From: Patescibacteria group bacterium
Lineage (GTDB): Bacteria; Patescibacteriota; Patescibacteriia; Magasanikbacterales; GWA2-37-8
Reading direction: 5' to 3'
Assembly (NCBI GenBank): GCA_028705565.1
Contig: JAQWDH010000006.1
Location: 1 to 59,779, forward strand
DNA length: 59,779 bases
The notes under the pieces: model-generated
Seen by the model: only the letters and a program-made list of their open reading frames with translations
Told to the model about the DNA's origin: nothing
The model's database searches: none
Made by a program: the position numbers and the translations under genes
In this document: one piece after another, positions 38,072 to 47,349 of the stretch
How positions within the stretch are numbered: the first letter of the stretch is position 1
How the letters are laid out: every line of letters begins with the position of its first letter

Positions 38072-39865
38072 ATGTTATTAAATTACAAAAAAATCATTAG
38101 TTTATATCACTTGTTCAAAAAAGGGTACGGTAAGCATAAAACAAGAATAGCCGTAATGATTTTTTTGAGTTTTATCGGGTCGGTTATGGAGGGGGTTGGT
38201 CTCACTATGATTATCCCTCTTTTATCTTTTGTTAGCAAAGAAGGGTCTTCTAATCAAGGAGAAATATACACTACGCTTTCAAAAGCCTTTTCTTTTTTTG
38301 GAATAAATTTTTCAATTAAAAATTTATTGTTTGTAATTTGTGTTTTGTTTTTAGTTAAGGCAGTAGTACAATTTTGTTCCGGATATGTTAACACGCGTAT
38401 TATAACTAGTTTTGAATTAGACAATAAAAAAGAATTGTTTAAAATGACCATGGAATCAAACTGGCTATATTTGTCTAAACAAAAATTAGGTCATTTAGTT
38501 CAAAATATTACAACTGATGTAGATTATAGTTCGCGACTGTTTAGCCTCATAAGCGGCGTGTCAATAATGATTATCAATTTGTGTGTTTATACTTTTTTAA
38601 TTTTTAGTATTTCAATCCCAGTTTCTTTGTTATTGATTGTTTTAATGATTTTTATTTTCTTTTTTCTCAAACCATTATTTTATAAAAGTAGAATGCTATC
38701 GGCTAAATTAAGTTTATGGTATAAAGAATTGTCTCATTTTGTAAATCAGGTGGTTTTAGGAATGAAATCAATTAAAGCGATGTCGGTTGAAAAAAAGATT
38801 ATAAAAGAAGCGGATCGTTATTTTGATGATTATAGAAACTTAACTTTTAAAATAGCATTGTTTGATAATTTAATGAATTCAATAACACAGCCCATAGGCA
38901 TGCTATTCGTGTTAGCAATTTTTGTTTTTCTGTACAAGTTTGTTGGATTTGATTATGGCTCTTTTACGGTCATAATTTATGCTATTTATAAAGTTTTTAC
39001 TTATTTACAAAATACTCAAGTTCAAATTCAAAGAATGAATACATTTTCTCCTTATTTGGTTAATTTATTAAAATATAAGGAACACACGAGTGTTTTTTTT
39101 GAAAAGAATGAAGGAAAAAAACGATTTAATTTTAAGAATGCTTTAAAATTTCAAGATGTTAAGTTTTCTTACGGTGAAGATAAAATTGTTTTAAACGGGA
39201 TTAATATTATTTTTCGTAAAGGAGAAGTTACTGGTATTTTTGGCCCCTCAGGGTCTGGAAAAACCACGGTGGCGGATTTAATTTTGCGCCTTTACAACCA
39301 AAGCTGCGGGCATATATTATTGGATGAAGAAAATATCGCCGATATTGATATGGAAACATGGAGGAATAATATCGGTTATGTTTCACAGGACTTCTTTTTA
39401 ATAAATGATACAATAGAAAATAATATTAAATTTTATAGAGACGATATTACTCACGATGATATTATAGAAGCGGCAAAGATGTCTAATATTTATGATTTTA
39501 TTGAAGGATTGCCTGATAAATTCGCTACTGTAATAGGAGAAAGAGGGGTTTTGCTTTCCAACGGCCAAAGGCAAAGAATTGTTTTGGCAAGAATTTTATC
39601 TAAAAAGCCAGATATTTTAATACTAGATGAAGCCACAAGCTCTTTGGATAATGAAACCGAAATTTTTATTCAAAAAGCGATTGAGAATTTAAAGGGCAGA
39701 GTAACCATCATAGTAATAGCGCATAGATTGACCACATTGGATAATGCTGATACAATTTACGCGATAAACGAGGGTGTTGTTATTGAGAGTGGAAAACCGA
39801 AAGAGCTTTTAGCAAACAAGGACTCTTATTTCTGTAAAGTTTATAATTTAAAAGGTGTATTATAA
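38072..39865 (+). CDS. ABC exporter, fused permease + ATPase half-transporter (MsbA/PglK-like)
   Basis: The N-terminus has six TM helices. The C-terminus carries Walker A GPSGSGKTT, signature LSNGQRQR and Walker B ILILDEATSSLD. Confidence 0.9.
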   Translation: MLLNYKKIISLYHLFKKGYGKHKTRIAVMIFLSFIGSVMEGVGLTMIIPLLSFVSKEGSSNQGEIYTTLSKAFSFFGINFSIKNLLFVICVLFLVKAVVQFCSGYVNTRIITSFELDNKKELFKMTMESNWLYLSKQKLGHLVQNITTDVDYSSRLFSLISGVSIMIINLCVYTFLIFSISIPVSLLLIVLMIFIFFFLKPLFYKSRMLSAKLSLWYKELSHFVNQVVLGMKSIKAMSVEKKIIKEADRYFDDYRNLTFKIALFDNLMNSITQPIGMLFVLAIFVFLYKFVGFDYGSFTVIIYAIYKVFTYLQNTQVQIQRMNTFSPYLVNLLKYKEHTSVFFEKNEGKKRFNFKNALKFQDVKFSYGEDKIVLNGINIIFRKGEVTGIFGPSGSGKTTVADLILRLYNQSCGHILLDEENIADIDMETWRNNIGYVSQDFFLINDTIENNIKFYRDDITHDDIIEAAKMSNIYDFIEGLPDKFATVIGERGVLLSNGQRQRIVLARILSKKPDILILDEATSSLDNETEIFIQKAIENLKGRVTIIVIAHRLTTLDNADTIYAINEGVVIESGKPKELLANKDSYFCKVYNLKGVL

Positions 39866-39868
39866 TTT

Positions 39869-41308
39869 ATGCGTGTAATGTTAATGGAGTGGGCAAATTC
39901 ACTTCCCGAGTTGGTAGATGTGGCGAGTAAATTAAAAGAAAATGGCCATCAAATTTTGTATTGGGTAAGGAACGACTCTCATTTTAAAGTGGATGAATCA
40001 GCTTTTTTCGGTACGATATTTCATAGTCACATAGAAGCCAGAGAGGGAAAGCCGGCTATTGGATTAAAATTAACCGATTTTGAACCATTGGGATCGGATA
40101 TTATCTTCAATTTTTTTAATGCGGAGTCGGTTTTTATGTCTAATGTGGAGAGATATTATCCAAAAAAAGGGGCACAAGAAAAAAAACAATTATTTTATGA
40201 TCTGCTTAGATATTGGTATGGGTTAACGGTCAAGCTTAAACCAGACGTGGCTATTTTTGAAGAAATTCCACACCACTTACATTCGCACGTTGCCTATTCG
40301 GTGTTAAAATTTTTCAACATAAAAATAATTATTTTAAATTCTATAGGTTTGAATAACAGATTACTCATTACATCGGATATTAAATTTAACAGCCAAAAAC
40401 TTCGGTTAAGAATGAAAGAAAATTCTGACAAAGATTTTAATTTGGGAGATCTTTCCCCAGAGATAAAAATAAATATTGATAATGGGACTAACTATACAAA
40501 ATTGCCAGTTCAAACGATAGCTTTATATAATGAGCAAAAAATAAAAAATAAAAATAACAATAATGTCCTTGTCGCTAAATTGATTTTTTGGTTAAAAATA
40601 TTTATCAGTTTTCGTATATTTAGAATTACTTATAATTTTGTAAAAAATCGAATAGGCGGCAACGCCAAAAAAGAATACCTGAAAGCGCAAAAATTACCAG
40701 ATTTTAATTTAAAATATATTTATGTGCCATTGCATTATCAACCAGAGGCGTCTACGAATATTCTTGGTGGAATGTTTGTAAATCAGATTAATCTTATAGA
40801 AATTCTCTCCGCTTCGTTGCCGGAAGGATGGAATATTTATGTTAAAGAACATCCAATACAGTTTTATGTTAATGGAATTGGGTATAATTCATATAGGTTC
40901 AAAGGATTTTATAATAGAATTTCCAATATAAAAGGAGTGAAAATTATTCCTATGGATACTGATACATTCAAATTAATTGAAGAATGCAAGGCGGTAGCCA
41001 CTGTTACTGGCACTGCTGCTTGGGAATCCGTTCTTCGATTAAAACCGGCTTTGATATTTGGCGATAATTGGTTTCAAGATTGTCCGGGGATATTCAAAGT
41101 AAACAATGTGGAAAAATGCAAGGCGGCATTGAATTTTATTAAAAACGGAAGTTTTAAGACAACGAAGCAGGATATAATTCGTTTTTTATTTTCTGTTGAA
41201 GAAGCAACCATATTTGGAAATTTTTCTTTTATTAAATCAGAAGATACGGTGGATTCCGCAACGAATGTGGATAATATTTATAAATCAATTATTGAATCAA
41301 TGAAATAA
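39869..41308 (+). CDS. Uncharacterised 479-aa protein, possible GT-B transferase with sialyl/Kdo-transferase-like HP motif
   Basis: ...YIYVPLHYQPEASTN..., ...NIYVKEHPIQF... (His-Pro at 40850-40855) and ...AVATVTGTAAWESVLRLKPALIFG... resemble the acceptor/donor-half layout of Capsule_synth (KpsC/KpsS)-type and sialyltransferase-type GT-B enzymes. This is recognition by eye only. Confidence 0.35.
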   Translation: MRVMLMEWANSLPELVDVASKLKENGHQILYWVRNDSHFKVDESAFFGTIFHSHIEAREGKPAIGLKLTDFEPLGSDIIFNFFNAESVFMSNVERYYPKKGAQEKKQLFYDLLRYWYGLTVKLKPDVAIFEEIPHHLHSHVAYSVLKFFNIKIIILNSIGLNNRLLITSDIKFNSQKLRLRMKENSDKDFNLGDLSPEIKINIDNGTNYTKLPVQTIALYNEQKIKNKNNNNVLVAKLIFWLKIFISFRIFRITYNFVKNRIGGNAKKEYLKAQKLPDFNLKYIYVPLHYQPEASTNILGGMFVNQINLIEILSASLPEGWNIYVKEHPIQFYVNGIGYNSYRFKGFYNRISNIKGVKIIPMDTDTFKLIEECKAVATVTGTAAWESVLRLKPALIFGDNWFQDCPGIFKVNNVEKCKAALNFIKNGSFKTTKQDIIRFLFSVEEATIFGNFSFIKSEDTVDSATNVDNIYKSIIESMK

Positions 41309-41318
41309 TTTTAAATAT

Positions 41319-42311
41319 ATGTCTTTAGGTTTTTTAAAAGGTTCTTCCATTTTGATCACCGGAGGAACCGGTTCTTTTGGAAAACAATGCATTAAAGCTC
41401 TGCTTCAAAAAACAGAAGCTCGGCGAATAATTATTTTTAGTCGAGATGAATATAAACAGGTAAAAATGACCGCGGAATTTCCTGATACGGAAGGACGGTT
41501 AAGATTTTTTATTGGAGATGTTCGTGATAAAGAAAGACTAGAGAGGGCTTTCAACGATGTTGACTATGTTATACACGCCGCCGCGTTGAAGCATGTTCCG
41601 ATTTTGGAATACAATCCTTTTGAAGCGATAAAAACTAATATTTTAGGATCTAAAAATGTTATTGATGCGGCGATTGACTGTCGCGTTAAGAAAGTTATTT
41701 TAGTTTCTACTGATAAAGCCGCTAACCCGGCAAATTTATATGGCGCGACTAAATTATGCGCCGAGAGACTGATGATTAGCAGTAATGTTTATGGCGCCGA
41801 AAAAACTAAATTCTCCGTAGCTCGTTACGGCAATGTTTTTGGTAGCCGAGGCAGTTTAGTAGAACTAATTAAAAAACAAATGTCTAAAGGAGAGGTTGCT
41901 TTAACTCATGAAGATATGACCAGGTTTTGGATTACTTTAGACCAAGGAGTAAATCTTGTTTTGTCGGTTTTGGAAAAAATGCAGGGAGGAGAAATTTTTG
42001 TTCCTAAAATACCAAGTATGAAGATTAAGGATTTAATTCAAATTTTAGCGCCAGGATGCAAATTAAAAATTATCGGCATTCGACCAGGAGAAAAATTACA
42101 CGAAGTTTTAATAACACAGGAGGAAGCAAGGCACACGAAAGACGCGGATGATTACTACGTTATTTTACCGGAAATTAAAGGGTGGTCTATTAATAGTAGT
42201 TATGCCGAAAATAAAAATTTTTCAGATTTATATTTTAGTAGCGATAAAAATCATTTTTGGCTTGACCGAGAAGCCATAATTAAACTTCTATCCACTGTTT
42301 CTAATGAATAA
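41319..42311 (+). CDS. pseB: UDP-N-acetylglucosamine 4,6-dehydratase (inverting), PseB/FlaA1 type
   Basis: Near-colinear with H. pylori FlaA1: ILITGGTGSFGK, RFFIGDVRD.ERL, IHAAALKHVP..EYNP.E.IKTNI.G, STDKAANP.NLYGATKLC, RYGNV.GSRGS, MTRFWITLD.GV, GGEIFVPKIPSMK, IIGIRPGEKLHEV. Confidence 0.9.
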   Translation: MSLGFLKGSSILITGGTGSFGKQCIKALLQKTEARRIIIFSRDEYKQVKMTAEFPDTEGRLRFFIGDVRDKERLERAFNDVDYVIHAAALKHVPILEYNPFEAIKTNILGSKNVIDAAIDCRVKKVILVSTDKAANPANLYGATKLCAERLMISSNVYGAEKTKFSVARYGNVFGSRGSLVELIKKQMSKGEVALTHEDMTRFWITLDQGVNLVLSVLEKMQGGEIFVPKIPSMKIKDLIQILAPGCKLKIIGIRPGEKLHEVLITQEEARHTKDADDYYVILPEIKGWSINSSYAENKNFSDLYFSSDKNHFWLDREAIIKLLSTVSNE

Positions 42312-42325
42312 TAGTAATTTGAAAT

Positions 42326-43480
42326 ATGAAAAAACCATCCATTATACCTTATGGACACCAAACAATAAGAAATGACGATATAGCAGAGGTGGTAAAAGTA
42401 TTAAAGTCAAACTATTTGACACAGGGTCCAAAAGTCAAAGAATTTGAGCAGAATCTTGCTGATTATTGCGGAAGAAAATATGCGGTAGTTTTTTCTTCTG
42501 GCACAGCGGCTTTGGAGGCGGCTTATTATGCTGCCGGTATTGGCGCTGGAGACGAGATAATAACGACGCCGCTTACTTTTGCCGCAACTTCAAATATGAT
42601 ATTGGCTCGCGGGGCGAAACCTGTTTTTGTTGATATTGATTCTTCCACCGGTAATCTTGACCCGAAAGAGTTTGAAAAGAAAATTAATAAAAAGACAAAA
42701 TCGCTAGTTGTGGTTGATTATGCCGGGATGCCGGCAGATCTAAATTTGTTTAAAGAAATTTGCAACAAAAATAACCTCGTTTTTATTGAGGATTCATCTC
42801 ATGCTCTTGGCGCCTCATTTGAAGGTAAAAAAGTTGGCGCTATTGCAGACATGACTATATTTAGTTTTCATCCAGTTAAATCCATCACCACAGGAGAGGG
42901 AGGAGCGGTTATCACTGGCAAGAAAGATTATTACGAAAGGCTCGTCTTATTTAGAAGCCACGGTATTATTAAAGATAAGAAAAAATTTTTTAGTAAGAGC
43001 CCGGCGGAGTGGTATCACGAAATGCAAGATATTGGATTTAATTTTCGTCTTTCTGATATATGCGCCGCGCTAGGAGTAAGCCAAATGAGAAAACTTGATA
43101 AATTTATCGCAAAAAGAAAGTTGATTGCCAAGCGTTACAAAAAAGAGCTCAGTGGTCTTAAAAATTTTATATTGCCAAAAGATATATCTGGGCGTGAATC
43201 CAGCTGGCACTTATTCGTTTTACGGATTATCCCATTAAAAAAGCATCTTCGTAATTTTGTCTTTACTAAGTTGCAAAACAAAGGAATAGGCGTCCAAGTT
43301 CATTATTTACCGGTTTATTTACACCCATATTATCAAATGTTAGGATATAAAAAGAATCTTTGCCCAAAAGCCGAGTTTTTTGCAGAATCGGAAATTTCTA
43401 TACCTATTTTTCCAACCCTTTCTTTTCGAAATCAGTCTCTTATAATTAAAACATTAAAAGAAATTGATAAAATGTTGTGA
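42326..43480 (+). CDS. pseC: DegT/DnrJ/EryC1-family PLP aminotransferase, PseC-like (UDP-4-amino-4,6-dideoxy-hexose forming)
   Basis: IPYGHQTI..DDI..V..VLKSNYLTQGPKV, IITTPLTFAATSN, DSSHALG, FSFHPVKSITTGEGGAV (PLP lysine), FRSHG, GFNFRLSDI.AALG.SQ. Confidence 0.8.
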   Translation: MKKPSIIPYGHQTIRNDDIAEVVKVLKSNYLTQGPKVKEFEQNLADYCGRKYAVVFSSGTAALEAAYYAAGIGAGDEIITTPLTFAATSNMILARGAKPVFVDIDSSTGNLDPKEFEKKINKKTKSLVVVDYAGMPADLNLFKEICNKNNLVFIEDSSHALGASFEGKKVGAIADMTIFSFHPVKSITTGEGGAVITGKKDYYERLVLFRSHGIIKDKKKFFSKSPAEWYHEMQDIGFNFRLSDICAALGVSQMRKLDKFIAKRKLIAKRYKKELSGLKNFILPKDISGRESSWHLFVLRIIPLKKHLRNFVFTKLQNKGIGVQVHYLPVYLHPYYQMLGYKKNLCPKAEFFAESEISIPIFPTLSFRNQSLIIKTLKEIDKML

Positions 43481-43514
43481 AAATTATTTTTTGAAAAAGA
43501 TAAAAATAATATTT

Positions 43515-44828
43515 ATGAAAAAAGGGCAATCTCTTTGGAAAAAGGCTAAAAAAATTATTCCAGGCGGCAATCAACTTCTTTCCAAGAGGTCGGAAATGTT
43601 TTTGCCAAATGGATGGCCATCTTATTATTCTAAGGCAAAAGGAGTTTATGTTTGGGATCTTGATGGAAATAAATATATAGACATGTCAATTATGGGTGTT
43701 GGAAGTTCTCTTTTAGGGTATTCCGACGCAGATGTAAACAGCGCGGTTAAGAAGGCTGTAGACAAAGGAGTTGTTTCAACTTTAAACGCGCCAGAAGAAG
43801 TTGAACTAGCGGAGATATTATGCAAAATTCATCCTTGGGCAAAGATGGTTAGATTCGCTCGTTGTGGCGGGGAAGCTATGGCAATAGCAATTAGAATTGC
43901 CAGAGCTTACAGTGGAAAAGATAAAATAGCCTTTTGCGGCTATCATGGGTGGTCGGATTGGTATTTAGCGGCCAATCTTTCTGATGATAAGAATCTGGAC
44001 GGCCACCTTCTACCCGGGTTAGAACCGCACGGTGTACCCCGTGTATTAAAGGGAACGCTTTTACCGTTTCATTACAATAAAATCTCTGAACTTGAAGATA
44101 TAGTAAAGAAAAATGGTAAAAAATTAGGTGTTATTGTGCTTGAACCAATGAAGGGCGAATATCCTAAAGATAATTTTTTAAAAAAAGTGCGGGTAATTGC
44201 TGATAGAATTGGCGCAGTCCTTGTTTTTGATGAAGTAAGTAGCGGCTGGAAGATGACTTTTGGAGGGTCGCACCTCCTTTATGGCGTAAATCCAGATATT
44301 GCTGTTTTGGCCAAGGCCATAGGCAATGGTTTTGCAATGGCGGCGATTATTGGTCGGCGCGAAGTAATGCAGGCCGCGCAATCAACATTTATTTCAAGCA
44401 CCAGCTGGACAGAGCGCGTGGGGTTAGTAGCCGCTTTAGCGACACTTAAAAAAATGAAACGATTAAAAGTAGCCGAAAAAATTCAAATTATTGGCAACAA
44501 GGTTAAAAAAATTTGGGTTAAAAAAGCTGAAAAACATGGGTTATTAATTACTACGGGCGGTTTGCCTCCTTTTAGTAATTTTATTTTTAATTACAGTAAT
44601 AAACACCAGGCACTCAAGACGCTTTTTATTCAAGAAATGCTTGAAAGGGGTTTTCTCGCTTCCAACCAGTTTTTTCCAAGTTATATGCACACTGACGTAA
44701 TTTTAAAAAAATATGAAAAAGCGGTAGATGATGTTTTTGAGATTTTGAAAGAAGCTATTGACACCAACACGGTTGAAAAGCGTTTAAAAGGACAGGTTGC
44801 TCATACCGGGTTTGCCCGGCTTAATTAA
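43515..44828 (+). CDS. Class III PLP aminotransferase, glutamate-1-semialdehyde 2,1-aminomutase-like
   Basis: ...AKKIIPGGNQLLSKR..., ...VVSTLNAPEEVELAE..., ...VFDEVSSGW..., ...DIAVLAKAIGNGFAMAAIIGRREVM... (Lys in AKAIGNG). The ATG at 43515 is used; the track start at 43464 is a TTG overlapping pseC. Confidence 0.8.
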   Translation: MKKGQSLWKKAKKIIPGGNQLLSKRSEMFLPNGWPSYYSKAKGVYVWDLDGNKYIDMSIMGVGSSLLGYSDADVNSAVKKAVDKGVVSTLNAPEEVELAEILCKIHPWAKMVRFARCGGEAMAIAIRIARAYSGKDKIAFCGYHGWSDWYLAANLSDDKNLDGHLLPGLEPHGVPRVLKGTLLPFHYNKISELEDIVKKNGKKLGVIVLEPMKGEYPKDNFLKKVRVIADRIGAVLVFDEVSSGWKMTFGGSHLLYGVNPDIAVLAKAIGNGFAMAAIIGRREVMQAAQSTFISSTSWTERVGLVAALATLKKMKRLKVAEKIQIIGNKVKKIWVKKAEKHGLLITTGGLPPFSNFIFNYSNKHQALKTLFIQEMLERGFLASNQFFPSYMHTDVILKKYEKAVDDVFEILKEAIDTNTVEKRLKGQVAHTGFARLN

Positions 44829-44875
44829 ACAATAATGTTGTTATGAAAGTAAAATAGTGTGTTTGAGTTAAAAAA

Positions 44876-45811
44876 ATGTTTTATATGAGTTTACAAAAAA
44901 GCAATTTTGTATTAGGCACAGTTCAACTTGGAATGAAGTATGGTCTTAATAATAGGCATAATCAGCCAACCCTAGACGAATCGTTCTCTATTTTAGATGC
45001 GGCTTTTGCTGCCGGCATCAACACATTTGATACTGCGTACGCTTATGGCACTGCGGAAGATATACTTGGAGCATGGATTCAAGATAGATCGTTAGCTGAT
45101 AAAATTCGAATCATTTCTAAAATGAAACCGCATGTTTTGAATGATTATCCAGATGGCGCAAAAGCCATTGATGTTATTAAGACAGAATTAAAAAAAACGT
45201 TGAATCGTCTTAATCTTAATTCTATTGATGGTTATTTATTTCATTCGCCTCATTATATTTATTTGCGTCATATGGTGGATGGAATGAAGAAAATTCGCGA
45301 TATTGGCGTAGTAAAAAATATTGGCGTTTCAATTTATAACGAAGCAGAGGCTTTGCAAGCGGTAGAAATGGGAATTGATTATGTGCAAGTGCCTTATAAT
45401 ATTTTTGATCAACGTTTGGATCGGACAGTTTTTTTTGAATTAGCAAAAAAAAATAAAGTAACCGTGTTTGCGCGCAGTCCTTTTTTACAAGGGTTGCTAT
45501 TGATGCGCCCTGAACGCATGCCGAAAAACCTTTTTTATATGCGTCCGCATATGGAACAGTTTATTGAAATTGTTAAAAAATATCATTTGTCGCCAGTGGA
45601 GGCCTCTCTTATATTTGTAAAAGCGCATTGCAGAGCAGATTATATCGTATTTGGCATTGATACACTTTCCCAGTTGAAAAATAATATTGATATAATAAAT
45701 AATTTTTTACCAAATACAGTGAAAGGATTAGTGGAAGAGATAGAAAATTGTTTTAAAGATTTCAATCAAGGAGCTGTTAACCCGAGTCTGTGGAGTAAAA
45801 TAAAATTATGA
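44876..45811 (+). CDS. Aldo/keto reductase family oxidoreductase
   Basis: ...LGTVQLGMKYGLNN..., ...GINTFDTAYAYGTAEDILG..., ...VKNIGVSIYN..., ...VQVPYNIFDQR.... An alternative ATG at 44885 is possible. Confidence 0.8.
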   Translation: MFYMSLQKSNFVLGTVQLGMKYGLNNRHNQPTLDESFSILDAAFAAGINTFDTAYAYGTAEDILGAWIQDRSLADKIRIISKMKPHVLNDYPDGAKAIDVIKTELKKTLNRLNLNSIDGYLFHSPHYIYLRHMVDGMKKIRDIGVVKNIGVSIYNEAEALQAVEMGIDYVQVPYNIFDQRLDRTVFFELAKKNKVTVFARSPFLQGLLLMRPERMPKNLFYMRPHMEQFIEIVKKYHLSPVEASLIFVKAHCRADYIVFGIDTLSQLKNNIDIINNFLPNTVKGLVEEIENCFKDFNQGAVNPSLWSKIKL

Positions 45812-47289
45812 TAGTCTGTATTATACAAGCACGAATGGGGTCAACGCGTTTGCCTGGTAAGGTTTTAAAATTTATTTTAGAAAAGCCGATGCTTTATAGG
45901 CAAATTGAGCGTGTGAAACGCGCGAACACCATTGATAAAATTATTATCGCTACGACAATAAACAAGGAAGATGACATTGTCGCGTCTACGGCTCGTGAAG
46001 CTGGGGTTGATTGCTTTCGAGGTAGTGAAGCTGATGTTCTGGACCGTTATTATCATGCGGCAAAATTGGCTAAAGCCGACATTATTGTTCGTTTGACAGG
46101 AGACTGTCCGCTCTCCGACCCGGATGTTATTGATGAAACTGTTGGATATTTTTTAAAATATGCAAAAGACTTAGATTATGCTTCAAAACCGGTTAATTAT
46201 CCTGAAGGACTTGACGTGGAGGTTTTTACTTTTACCGCGCTTGAACGTTCTTGGAAAGATGGAAAAAAAATATCAGAGCGAGAACATGTAACACCTTTTA
46301 TATATACACATCCGGAAATTTTTAGAATTGGGGTGGCGCAACAAAGCGGTGGAAAAGATTATTCAAAGATGCACTGGTCAGTTGACACTGCGGAAGATTT
46401 TGTTTTTGTTACAAATATATTTGAAGCGTTGTACCGTAAAAATCCATTTTTTTCTAAGGATGATATAATTAAATTTTTAAAAAATCATCCAGAATTACTA
46501 TTTATTAATAAAGGAGGGACTGGATACGAGGGGTATAAAAAATCTTTAAAGGAAGATAAGGTTTTTCAGAATAAAAGTTTTATTTATCAAAAAATTATTG
46601 GTTTTATTCCCGAGGTGATTTTTATTATTTCCGGCGGGACTGTAAAAGATGTTAAAAAAAATGGTTTGATAACTTACCGTTCAACAAGAAAAAACGAGGG
46701 TGATTTTTTTGGCACACTTTGGGGTGAAGCGCGAGTTATCGCAACGGCGGAACTTGCGTTGTTTTTTCCAAAAACGGAGATAAAAATTGTGGCCACAAAT
46801 TTTTCTATAAATAACGAACCAACGCAAGCAGAAATCATACGGAATGAACTTGAAAAACTTTCTGTTTCTCGCAGTCGTATTACTGTGTTAGGGAAAAAAT
46901 CAAAAAATACAGCTTCCCAAATATGTGAGTGTTTAAAAATTATCTACAATGAAAAATGGCGCAAGGCAGTGATAGTTACAAATGTATATCATATAGATAG
47001 AGTTTCTGCGATATATTCTCATTTGGATAGAATTTCAACCATAAGCAGAGAAGCGAAAAAAAATGCTAAATTTTTATCTTCCGAGGCTTCTATTTTTTTT
47101 ATTGGGGCTGAATTGATATTACCTTTTCGTGACAAAAAATATAAAACAATAATTAAACGAGTACAGGCAACGCACGCTTACAAAAGGAGAATTAAAAACG
47201 AAAAGCAGGGTGTGGCAATGATTTTGAATGGAGAATACGGTAAATTGTTCATTAAGAAAGATAAAAAAAAGGAAAGAAAACTCCAGTGA
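45808..47289 (+). CDS. Fusion protein: SpsF/PseF-like cytidylyltransferase domain + C-terminal DUF218 (YdcF/ElyC-like) domain
   Basis: The N-terminus MIVCIIQARMGSTRLPGKVLKFILEKPMLYRQIERV...IVRLTGDCPLSDP is the acylneuraminate/SpsF cytidylyltransferase signature. The C-terminal ~230 aa (...VIFIISGG..., ...NTASQICECLKII..KWRKAVIVTNVYHIDRV...) resemble DUF218. Confidence 0.75.
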   Translation: MIVCIIQARMGSTRLPGKVLKFILEKPMLYRQIERVKRANTIDKIIIATTINKEDDIVASTAREAGVDCFRGSEADVLDRYYHAAKLAKADIIVRLTGDCPLSDPDVIDETVGYFLKYAKDLDYASKPVNYPEGLDVEVFTFTALERSWKDGKKISEREHVTPFIYTHPEIFRIGVAQQSGGKDYSKMHWSVDTAEDFVFVTNIFEALYRKNPFFSKDDIIKFLKNHPELLFINKGGTGYEGYKKSLKEDKVFQNKSFIYQKIIGFIPEVIFIISGGTVKDVKKNGLITYRSTRKNEGDFFGTLWGEARVIATAELALFFPKTEIKIVATNFSINNEPTQAEIIRNELEKLSVSRSRITVLGKKSKNTASQICECLKIIYNEKWRKAVIVTNVYHIDRVSAIYSHLDRISTISREAKKNAKFLSSEASIFFIGAELILPFRDKKYKTIIKRVQATHAYKRRIKNEKQGVAMILNGEYGKLFIKKDKKKERKLQ

Positions 47290-47300
47290 ATTCATGGTAG

Positions 47301-47330
47301 TTTTTTTGCCTTGCATATTTTTTTGCCTTG
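47301..47330 (+). repeat. 13-nt direct repeat TTTTTTTGCCTTG x2 in the intergenic region upstream of the NeuB-family gene
   Basis: 47301-47313 and 47318-47330 are identical on direct reading. Confidence 0.7.
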
Positions 47331-47339
47331 TATTATTAT
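47311..47339 (+). promoter_or_regulatory. Candidate internal sigma70-type promoter
   Basis: TTGCAT (47311-47316), a 17-nt spacer, then TATTAT (47334-47339). It lies only ~10 nt from the ATG at 47350, so the transcript would be nearly leaderless. Confidence 0.3.
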
Positions 47340-47349
47340 AAAGTAATAT

